Source: a virus
Taxonomy: Duplodnaviria > Heunggongvirae > Uroviricota > Caudoviricetes
IMG/VR virus record: IMGVR_UViG_2778261064_000007
Strand: one strand, 5' to 3'
DNA length: 7,433 bases
In this document: positions 1-6,136 of the stretch, one piece after another
Layout of the letters: each line of letters begins with the position of its first letter
Position numbering within the stretch: position 1 is the stretch's first letter
The notes under the pieces: generated by a model
Told to the model about the DNA's origin: nothing
Seen by the model: only the letters and a program-made list of their open reading frames with translations
Databases searched by the model: none
Made by a program: the position numbers and the translations under genes

Positions 1-177
1 ATCACATCCGGTTGGGCTACCGACCTGGCGCTGGGCATTCTCAGTGATGAAGAAAAAGAAAAACTGAAAGTCTGGCGTATTTACGCAAAGGAATTGCAGT
101 CGATGGATTTCAGTACAATTGCAGACAAGACTGCTTACGACAATATTGACTGGCCGGAGCAGCCACAAAATACCTGA
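1..177 (+). CDS. Tail fiber assembly protein (Tfa-like), C-terminal fragment; 5' end lies outside the window
   Basis: Frame 1 is open from position 1 to the TGA at 175-177 and translates to ...SDEEKEKLKVWRIYAKELQSMDFSTIADKTAYDNIDWPEQPQNT. The pattern (acidic stretch, W-x2-Y, VD/MD, I-D/E-W-P-x-x-P at the extreme C-terminus) matches the C-terminal motif I recall for lambda Tfa (...[27 protein letters not shown]). Position just upstream of the sheath gene matches P2 gene G order (H-G-FI). Assignment from memory, not a search. Confidence 0.6.
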   Translation: MTSGWATDLALGILSDEEKEKLKVWRIYAKELQSMDFSTIADKTAYDNIDWPEQPQNT

Positions 178-195
178 AAAAGAAATGAATCATCT

Positions 196-218
196 GACCG
201 CCTGAGGGCGGTTTTTTT
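196..218 (+). terminator. Intrinsic-terminator-like hairpin (stem ACCGCC / GGCGGT, loop TGAG) followed by T7 tract
   Basis: Seen directly: 197-202 ACCGCC pairs with 207-212 GGCGGT, loop 203-206, T-run 212-218. Located 19 nt after the tfa stop and immediately before the sheath RBS (GGGAG 221-225). Confidence 0.6.
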
Positions 219-231
219 ATGGGAGAAATGT

Positions 232-1707
232 ATGTCCGGACTACATGGTGTTGAAACCATTGAACTGACGACAGGCACGGTTGCCGTGCAGACCATCTCC
301 ACTGCAGTGATTGGCCTGGTGGGGACAGCGCCGGGCGCCTCTGGTGGCGTGTGCGCTTCCGGCACCGCCGGCTCCTGGCTGCTGGGAACGGCGCTGGATT
401 TCACGGCGAAACTGGAAGGTCGGGCCGGTAATAAGATTTCGGTGGTTGCCGTCGCTGCCACAGAACAAAACGCGCAGACAGTGGCATCGCTGGAAGGCAC
501 AACCCTGACGATAACGCTGGGGACGGACGAACACAGCCAGGTTAACGCCACGGTGGACTGTGTGACTGAAGCGGTGAATGCGCTGGGGGATTCGCCTGTG
601 ACGGCGGCTGTCAGCTCCCTGAATGCAGGAGGCGCTGAAAATAATGTGGTGTCGCCGTTCAGCCTGACGTTATCCGGCGGGGAAGATGAGGCGTTCCCGG
701 TCAATACACCGGTGGTGGTGGCAGGGGCCATTACTCAGGCAGGGAAACTGGGTACAGCCGGAACATTATACCCGGCCCTGCGAGATATTTTTGACCAGAC
801 TGGTGCGCTGGTGATTGTGGTGCGCGCAGAAAGTAAAACAAAGGCGAAAGAGGCCGAACAGCGTGCGGCGGTGATTCAGGCCATGGAGGCGCTGACAGAA
901 AGTAAGGGCGTGACAGGCTATCAACCGCGCATCCTCATTGCCACGGGGTACAGTGAGGATGATGGCGTGGCAAAGGCGCTGGAAACGTATGCCGTGAAGC
1001 TGCGGGCTGTGGCCTATATTGACTCGCCTTCAATGGCAACGCCGCAGGATGTGGTTCAGCGGCGCGCGTCATTTGGCGGGCGTGTGGAGCTGCTGCGTCC
1101 GCGCGTGTCTGTGACGGATGACAGCGGGCAGACGATATTTCGTCCATATTCGGCCCGTGCTGCCGGGCTGCGGGCCCGTATTGATTACGAAAAAGGGTGG
1201 TGGTGGTCCAAATCAAACCAGGATGTGATGAATATCACCGGTCTGGAGCAGGTGGACACATTTATTCTCGGAGAGCAGAACTGCACGGCAAACCTGCTGA
1301 ACATGGAAAATATCTCCACCATTATTCGCCATGACGGTTTTAAACACTGGGGTAACCGTCTGTGCACATCCCACAGTCAGTGGCGTTTTGAGCCGGTACG
1401 CCGCACTGCAGATGTGATTGAGGACAGCATCCAGGAGGCCATGCTGCCTTATGTCGATCGCCCGCTTGATCGGGATGTGGCAGACGACATTCTTGGCAGC
1501 ATTAATGCCTATATGCGTCAGCTTAAAAATCTGGGCGCGATCCACGGTGGCAGTGCATGGCTGAACGATGAACTGAACACTGCAGAAACCCTGGCAGCAG
1601 GGCAGTTGTATATTGATTATGACTTTGGGCCGAAGTCACCACTGGAGCGCCTGACACTGCGGGCAATGATTAACAATAAACTGGCGCTGGAGGAACTGAC
1701 AGTATGA
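232..1707 (+). CDS. FI: Contractile tail sheath protein (P2 gpFI family), 491 aa
   Basis: Complete ORF with ATG at 232 and RBS GGGAG 6 nt upstream. The N-terminus (HGVETIELTTGTVAVQTISTAVIGLVGTA) and C-terminus (RHDGFKHWGNR...ETLAAGQLYIDYDFGPKSPLERLTLRA) resemble the P2 FI sheath as I recall it (...LIRRDGFRFWGNR...[27 protein letters not shown]). Followed by a tube-sized gene as in P2. Confidence 0.92.
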   Translation: MSGLHGVETIELTTGTVAVQTISTAVIGLVGTAPGASGGVCASGTAGSWLLGTALDFTAKLEGRAGNKISVVAVAATEQNAQTVASLEGTTLTITLGTDEHSQVNATVDCVTEAVNALGDSPVTAAVSSLNAGGAENNVVSPFSLTLSGGEDEAFPVNTPVVVAGAITQAGKLGTAGTLYPALRDIFDQTGALVIVVRAESKTKAKEAEQRAAVIQAMEALTESKGVTGYQPRILIATGYSEDDGVAKALETYAVKLRAVAYIDSPSMATPQDVVQRRASFGGRVELLRPRVSVTDDSGQTIFRPYSARAAGLRARIDYEKGWWWSKSNQDVMNITGLEQVDTFILGEQNCTANLLNMENISTIIRHDGFKHWGNRLCTSHSQWRFEPVRRTADVIEDSIQEAMLPYVDRPLDRDVADDILGSINAYMRQLKNLGAIHGGSAWLNDELNTAETLAAGQLYIDYDFGPKSPLERLTLRAMINNKLALEELTV

Positions 1708-2222
1708 TGACGGGTGAAAAAAAACTGTTGCGCGCATGGGCGTTATTTCTTCCTGGCGGGATCCGCCTTCAGGGTGCGCATGAATACACGCCGCCTGCCA
1801 TTAATATCACGACAGTGGATATCAAAACCGGCGCAATGGATGCACCGGTGGCAGTGGATGACGGCATGGAAGCGCTGACCTGTTCGTTTAAGATTTATGG
1901 CTATGATGTTGCCATGCTGACGCTGCTGGGATTACAGGCCGGGCTTTATTCGCCGGAGATTGTTGTGCGCCAGGGCTATCAGGTGGGGAATGCGACCAGC
2001 GGACAGGTGGAAACCCTGCAGGGGATGATCACCAGCATCACGCCGGATGCACGTCCGGCAACATCGCAGGCAGACGCCTCGGTGACGGTGGAAATGTCGC
2101 TGAGTTATTACCGCCAGGCTGTCGACGGTGTGGAAACCATCTGCATTATTCCGGAGGAGTTTGTACGTCGTATTAATGGCGTTAATGTTCTGGCGGATCT
2201 GAAAAAAATCATCCGGGTTTAA
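1704..2222 (+). CDS. FII: Tail tube protein (P2 gpFII family), 172 aa
   Basis: ORF start ATG 1704 overlaps the sheath stop (ATGA, 1704-1707), with a second in-frame ATG at 1707. RBS GGAGGA at 1690-1695. Length 172 aa equals the size I recall for P2 FII; position directly after the sheath gene. Sequence similarity itself not verified. Confidence 0.88.
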   Translation: MMTGEKKLLRAWALFLPGGIRLQGAHEYTPPAINITTVDIKTGAMDAPVAVDDGMEALTCSFKIYGYDVAMLTLLGLQAGLYSPEIVVRQGYQVGNATSGQVETLQGMITSITPDARPATSQADASVTVEMSLSYYRQAVDGVETICIIPEEFVRRINGVNVLADLKKIIRV

Positions 2223-2240
2223 TCCGGGATCCTGTCATTC

Positions 2241-2265
2241 AGGCGGCTCAGGCCGCCTTTTTTTT
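2241..2265 (+). terminator. Intrinsic-terminator-like hairpin (AGGCGGC / GCCGCCT, loop TCAG) followed by T8 tract
   Basis: Seen directly: 2241-2247 AGGCGGC pairs with 2252-2258 GCCGCCT, T-run 2258-2265. The AGGAG RBS of gene E follows immediately (2266-2270). Confidence 0.55.
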
Positions 2266-2276
2266 AGGAGATGCTT

Positions 2277-2579
2277 ATGTCGGAAAAAAACAGTGTTCCT
2301 GCCAGCTGCGTGGAAATTGTGTTATCCGTGCCGTATGTCACCGCATCAGGACAGACGATCACGCACGTCACCATGCGTGCGCCCACCGTCCGCGATCGTC
2401 TGTTGCATCGCCGGAGTACCAAACCGGAAGCAGAGGCTGATCTGGATATGATTGCCGGTCTGTGCGGGATGGACGCGGCAGACATGATGAACATGGAAGC
2501 GTGTGATTACCTGGCCCTGGAGCGGCAGTTTAATGTTTTTTTGCTGCCGCCGGTCCGGCGGAAGAAGAAAACATCCTGA
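2277..2579 (+). CDS. E: Tail assembly chaperone (P2 gpE / lambda gpG analog), 100 aa
   Basis: Small ORF between tube and tape measure genes. I prefer ATG 2277 (AGGAG at 2266-2270, 6-nt spacer) over the ORF-track start 2271, which abuts the RBS. Contains a TTTTTTG slippery motif near its 3' end. Assignment is by position and size. Confidence 0.8.
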   Translation: MSEKNSVPASCVEIVLSVPYVTASGQTITHVTMRAPTVRDRLLHRRSTKPEAEADLDMIAGLCGMDAADMMNMEACDYLALERQFNVFLLPPVRRKKKTS

Positions 2580-2716
2580 TGGCGATACGGCGTGCCGGTG
2601 TCTGGTTCGGGTGGTCACCCGGAGATGTGATGGCACTGCCGTATGAGGATTTTGTGGCAATAATGCTGGCAGAGGCGGAAGAGAGGAAGCAGTGTTATGG
2701 CAACGGTGGGCGATAA
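2277..2716 (+). CDS. Predicted E+E' frameshift fusion (tail assembly chaperone, ~146 aa); joins zero frame 2277-2542 to -1 frame 2543-2716
   Basis: Translating the -1 frame from 2543 gives AAAGPAEEENILMAIRRAGVWFGWSPGDVMALPYEDFVAIMLAEAEERKQCYGNGGR* with stop at 2714-2716. The extension overlaps the tape measure start (2697), as E' overlaps T in P2. Predicted size is close to the ~142 aa I recall for P2 E+E'. Confidence 0.65.
2536..2543 (+). other. Predicted -1 programmed ribosomal frameshift site (slippery T-run ending in G, heptamer T_TTT_TTG)
   Basis: Seen directly: G2535 then T2536-T2542 then G2543. Zero-frame codons are GTT-TTT-TTG (V-F-L). The -1 frame is open from 2543 to the TAA at 2714-2716. 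The same heptamer at the same relative position is the reported P2 E/E' shift site (established knowledge). Confidence 0.7.
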
Positions 2717-4349
2717 CCTCAGAGCGAATATCCGGATCGGCGGCACGATAGATCCGTCGTGGAAAAATTCTGTTAATGGCCTGAAAAAGGGCCTTTCCGG
2801 AGCCACGCGTGAAGTGGCTCGTCTGACACGCCAGCAGGACGTACTGAAACGAAAAATCCAGGCTGGCGTACTGGCAGGACAGGATATTACCGATCTGCGA
2901 AAGCAGTATGAAAAGCTGGGTAAAAAAATCCATGATGCCACCGCTGAGCAGGACAGATTTAACCGTGAACTGGCGCGTGCGGAACGTCTGGCTCGCTGGA
3001 AAGGGCGTGGAATGACTGCCCTGAAAGTGGGGGGCGAGCTTTCAGTCGGGGCAGGACTGACACTGGCAGGCGCTGCAGGTGCAGCACTTAGCCGGAACAG
3101 TGAAACGGCGGAGCGGGCAGGGATCGCCCGCAGTTACGGAGTGGATTATGAAACCTATGCGGCGTGGGATTCTCTGGCCCGACTGATGGGGCTGAACGGT
3201 GAAAACATCGGTGATCTGTTTGAGGAGTACCGGAACAAGGTTTTTGACGATGGTAATGGTGCCACGGATAAAGGGGCCATTCAGGAGGTCTTTGGCAAAC
3301 TGGGACTGAAAGCCGGGGTGATGGCAGGGAAAAGTAACCAGGAGCAGGTCGAATTTTTATTTGATCGCTTACTGCAGGTAGAGAATGAACAGGTGGCAGC
3401 CGGGATGGCAGATGCGTTGTTTGGTGGTGAGGCCAATAAAATTCTGACCTGGATGCGTCTGTCAGGAAAAACTTACCGGGAGCTTATCAGTGAGCAGAAA
3501 CGCTATAACCTGGTGACAAAGGCAGGGGCAGATGGCGCAGTTCAGGGGCATATGGCGCTGTCAAATCTCAGTAATGTTCTGAGTTCGTCCATTGATGAAA
3601 TCAGCGGGCAACTGGGTAAGGAGCTGGCACCACATATTCAACAGGTGACGGATGACCTTGCGGCCTGGTTTAAGAATGGTGGACTGGAAAAAATCCGGGC
3701 ATTTATTCGTGATGATGCCCTGCCGGCGCTGATCGACTTGGCTGCCTGGATGTGGAAATTTGGAAAAGTTCTTGCCGGAATTACACAAAAAGCCATTGAG
3801 TGGGGGCTGGCGGATGATCCGCGAGAGGACCGACGGGAAGTGCTGGAGTATCTGGCAAAAATGGGGTCGCCGGAGCTGGCGAGAGTAGTGGCGCAGAAAA
3901 ACGGTCAGGGTGAATGGTTTGATGAACTGCTCAGGCAAAATCCTGACCTGACAAAACAGGTTGTACAGGCCTATAAAGACACCCGCGGTTATCTCCCCTG
4001 GAATCATGACGATAAAAAGTTTGATGCATTTCTCGACCCTTTGCTGGGACCGAAGGAAGAACCTGATTTTAAGGCGATAAAAGAGAAATCCCGCACCTAC
4101 ATTGACGGACTTCCTGCGGCTGGTCAGGGACAGGAAAATCCTGATCGCCTTTCAGCTCTCCAGTATACACCCGGCAGTATCAGCCAGGTGGAAGTAAAAC
4201 CCACGTATCAGATACGGGCGGAATTCAACATTACCCAGAAACCTGGCGAGGATGCCGGACAACTTGCAGACAGGGTGATGAAAAATCTGGGGGATATTAA
4301 TTTTGGCCAGCGTTCCCGTATGACTGATGGTTATGAATCCTGGGGGTGA
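2697..4349 (+). CDS. T: Tail tape measure protein (P2 gpT analog), 550 aa
   Basis: Complete ORF, ATG 2697 with GAGAGGAAG RBS upstream. Position is immediately after E/E'. Translation has a long predicted helical, charged N-terminal half (LKRKIQAGVLAGQDITDLRKQYEKLGKKIHDATAEQDRFNRELARAERLARW) and Gly/Ala hydrophobic segment (GGELSVGAGLTLAGAAGAAL) typical of tape measure proteins. Confidence 0.85.
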   Translation: MATVGDNLRANIRIGGTIDPSWKNSVNGLKKGLSGATREVARLTRQQDVLKRKIQAGVLAGQDITDLRKQYEKLGKKIHDATAEQDRFNRELARAERLARWKGRGMTALKVGGELSVGAGLTLAGAAGAALSRNSETAERAGIARSYGVDYETYAAWDSLARLMGLNGENIGDLFEEYRNKVFDDGNGATDKGAIQEVFGKLGLKAGVMAGKSNQEQVEFLFDRLLQVENEQVAAGMADALFGGEANKILTWMRLSGKTYRELISEQKRYNLVTKAGADGAVQGHMALSNLSNVLSSSIDEISGQLGKELAPHIQQVTDDLAAWFKNGGLEKIRAFIRDDALPALIDLAAWMWKFGKVLAGITQKAIEWGLADDPREDRREVLEYLAKMGSPELARVVAQKNGQGEWFDELLRQNPDLTKQVVQAYKDTRGYLPWNHDDKKFDAFLDPLLGPKEEPDFKAIKEKSRTYIDGLPAAGQGQENPDRLSALQYTPGSISQVEVKPTYQIRAEFNITQKPGEDAGQLADRVMKNLGDINFGQRSRMTDGYESWG

Positions 4350-4840
4350 AGATGGTGGATTTACTGGGCTGGGGCGTAAACCGGCTTGAGCGCGAAGCAT
4401 GGGACGCAGTGGGCTCATTAACGGAGGTGGCTTCCCGCGTCATGCTGTCGTTTGGTGAGTTTGAATTCAGTATCGATACGGCAGCGTATAACGCCATGAA
4501 GCGCACCATGGAATGGCGGTGGGATGAACAACAGCTTATCGGAAAAAACGACCTGCTGCAGTATACCGGTAAGGGGGCCAGAACGATAACCTTTGAAGGT
4601 ATGGTGCATGCGGGATTTCGTGACGGTGTGGGAATGGATGCCCTTGATACACTGGTTCAGATGGTGGATGACAATCCGGCCCCGCATCTTCTGGTCTCGG
4701 GCACAGGTGATGTGATGGGGTATTTCGTGGCAACAGCCTATTCAGATAACACCACCTCCTTTCTTCCCGGCGGTGCGCCAAAGAATAAAACGTTCACTCT
4801 GGAGCTGAAATACTATGGCGAAAAACTGGCGGACCACTGA
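4346..4840 (+). CDS. U: Tail protein gpU family (tail tube terminator/initiator-type protein), ~162-164 aa
   Basis: ORF-track start 4346 is a GTG that overlaps the T stop (TGA 4347-4349). An in-frame ATG at 4352 with GGGGG 5 nt upstream may be the true start. Position between tape measure and X/D as in phiCTX and R-type pyocin loci. Sequence pattern (...FEFSIDT...TFEGMV...GYFV...) is consistent with the gpU family from memory. Confidence 0.82.
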   Translation: MKMVDLLGWGVNRLEREAWDAVGSLTEVASRVMLSFGEFEFSIDTAAYNAMKRTMEWRWDEQQLIGKNDLLQYTGKGARTITFEGMVHAGFRDGVGMDALDTLVQMVDDNPAPHLLVSGTGDVMGYFVATAYSDNTTSFLPGGAPKNKTFTLELKYYGEKLADH

Positions 4841-5033
4841 CGGCGATATGCTGGATGACATCTGTCAGAGGCACTATGGCAGTGCCGGGCTTAACCAGTC
4901 ACTGGCGGCGGTACTGGAGGCTAATCCGGGGCTGGCTGACCTTGGTCCGGTCTATCCGGCGGGAGTGGAAATCGTGTTGCCGGACTGGGTATATGAACCG
5001 GAAGTGAAGGAGACGTTTCAGTTATGGGAGTGA
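4815..5033 (+). CDS. X: Tail protein X (P2 gpX family, LysM-like), 72 aa
   Basis: Translation MAKNWRTTDGDMLDDICQRHYGSAGLNQSLAAVLEANPGLADLGPVYPAGVEIVLPDWVYEPEVKETFQLWE closely matches the P2 gpX sequence as I recall it (GDTLDAICVRYYG...VLAANPGLAELG...LPD...LWE). Overlaps the U stop by 26 nt. Confidence 0.9.
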   Translation: MAKNWRTTDGDMLDDICQRHYGSAGLNQSLAAVLEANPGLADLGPVYPAGVEIVLPDWVYEPEVKETFQLWE

Positions 5034-6112
5034 ATGAGTATCAGCCGGATTTCAGTCTGACAGCGGAAGGTCAGGATATCACGAAGGAAATAAAACGAGG
5101 TCTGGCTGAGCTGCGATATACCGATAATGGTGCTGGCACAAAGCGGTCCGATGAACTGATGATAACGCTGTTCAGTGAGACGCTGGCGTTGCCCCCGAAA
5201 GGCGCGGTGCTAACGCTGGGACTGGGGTTCAACGGAAATCTGGTAAATAAAGGCAGCTTTACCGTCTGTCAGGTGGCAAGTGGTGGCCCTCCCCGCCGGA
5301 TCACTATTTATGCCACCGCAGCCCCCATGAATGCGTCAAAACATGGCGCGGACGTGACCGCACTGAAAACCCGCGCTTTCAGTGATATCTCGCTGGGAGA
5401 TCTGGTAAAAACCATCGCCACTGAAAATAATCTGGTGGCGCAGGTATCACCGGCGCTGGCTGGTATTCATATCCCGTGGGTGATGCAGTCATCAGAATCT
5501 GATGCAGCCCTCCTGTCCCGCATTGCAGGTATGTACGGTGCCACCAGTAAACCGACCAGTGGCTACTGGTTGTTTCTGGAATACGGGGCATCACGGAGTG
5601 CAGGGGGCAGAAATGCCCCTGAGATAACCATTACGCCGGGTATGGTATCAGACTGGGATTATCGTGAAGGTGAGCGACAGGGCGCTGCGGGTGGCGGGAA
5701 AGATGGGAAAGTGGGTGTCCGGTATTTTGATGCCCGTGACGGACGCACACGTGAAGTTAAAGTTGACGTGGAGTCAACAGATAAGCGGCATCCCTTTACC
5801 CAGCCTGACCAGGGCACCGCAAAACACTGTGCAGAGTCGAAGGTTAAACGTGTGCAGAAAGCCGGACGCCAGATGACGATAACGTTGCCCTGCAGACCGG
5901 AACTGCTGAAAGCGGGGGCGGAGGTGCGTTTTATCACGCAGGGATTTGGTGTGCGTGAGGACCATTACTGGCAGGCTGAATCGGTGGAGTTTTCACTGGC
6001 ACCGGGGCAGGGATTTTCGCTGAATCTGTCGCTGACCACGGATATTTCCGCGAAAGGACAGGCATCAGGGAAGAAGAACGCGGATAAAAAAGGTGTCAAT
6101 TATTACGGTTAA
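5024..6112 (+). CDS. D: Tail protein gpD family (P2 late gene D product; baseplate hub/spike-associated, distantly related to VgrG N-terminal region), 362 aa
   Basis: Complete ORF, ATG 5024 with AAGGAG at 5007-5012, overlapping the X stop by 10 nt. Size and position after U-X match phiCTX/R-pyocin order. Motif resemblance (LTLGLGF, RPELLKAGAEV, DHYWQAESVEFSL) is from memory only. Confidence 0.82.
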   Translation: MGVNEYQPDFSLTAEGQDITKEIKRGLAELRYTDNGAGTKRSDELMITLFSETLALPPKGAVLTLGLGFNGNLVNKGSFTVCQVASGGPPRRITIYATAAPMNASKHGADVTALKTRAFSDISLGDLVKTIATENNLVAQVSPALAGIHIPWVMQSSESDAALLSRIAGMYGATSKPTSGYWLFLEYGASRSAGGRNAPEITITPGMVSDWDYREGERQGAAGGGKDGKVGVRYFDARDGRTREVKVDVESTDKRHPFTQPDQGTAKHCAESKVKRVQKAGRQMTITLPCRPELLKAGAEVRFITQGFGVREDHYWQAESVEFSLAPGQGFSLNLSLTTDISAKGQASGKKNADKKGVNYYG

Positions 6113-6136
6113 TTTTTTTAAATCAGGAAATTAAAA

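Noticed and set aside
1-231. P2-type Ogr-dependent late promoter (TGT-N12-ACA dyad) upstream of the sheath gene
   Set aside because: I searched by eye and found no TGT trinucleotide in 1-228, so the dyad is absent from this interval. The promoter must lie elsewhere or be of another type.
241-534. 97-aa minus-strand ORF and 65-aa plus-strand alternate-frame ORF (311-508) inside the sheath gene
   Set aside because: Both are nested in the sheath coding region in other frames with Arg/Cys-rich improbable translations, so they are frame artefacts.
135-731. 198-aa minus-strand ORF overlapping the sheath gene
   Set aside because: Entirely antisense to a well-supported sheath CDS. Its translation is low-complexity (A/T/S/P/V-rich), typical of a shadow ORF in GC-rich coding DNA, and it has no credible RBS context.
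935-1545. Minus-strand ORFs 935-1216, 1185-1367 and 1213-1545
   Set aside because: Antisense to the sheath CDS, short, with no supporting signals.
1720-1727. A8 homopolymer at the 5' end of the tube gene (also A7 at 2284-2290 in gene E)
   Set aside because: Could be slippage-prone, but the annotated frame stays open through full-length, family-sized proteins and there is no extended alternative frame. Not treated as a programmed shift or phase-variation site.
2271-2276. Alternative gene E start at ATG 2271 (ORF-track start)
   Set aside because: That ATG directly abuts the AGGAG Shine-Dalgarno (no spacer). ATG 2277 has a 6-nt spacer and is the more plausible initiation codon. Either choice leaves the downstream frame unchanged.
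2264-2941. Minus-strand ORFs 2264-2494, 2346-2933 and 2615-2941 across the E / E' / T start region
   Set aside because: Antisense to the E, E' and tape measure coding sequence, which form a conserved syntenic block on the plus strand. The translations are Arg/Cys/His-rich nonsense.
3561-4509. Minus-strand ORFs 3561-4007, 4152-4418 and 4297-4509
   Set aside because: Antisense to the tape measure and gpU genes, so shadow ORFs.
4418-4781. Minus-strand ORFs 4418-4687 and 4536-4781 inside gpU
   Set aside because: Antisense to gpU with His/Pro/Arg-rich translations and no independent support.
5379-5965. ORFs inside the gpD gene on both strands (5379-5594 minus, 5659-5937 minus, 5664-5876 plus, 5774-5965 minus)
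   Set aside because: All are nested within the gpD CDS in alternative frames or antisense, so not independent genes.
6085-6136. Possible terminator or promoter in the D-stf junction (T7 run at 6113-6119; weak AT-only inverted repeat TTAATTT / AAATTAA)
   Set aside because: There is no GC-rich stem preceding the T-run, and the gap is only 24 nt and contains the RBS. Insufficient evidence for a terminator or promoter.
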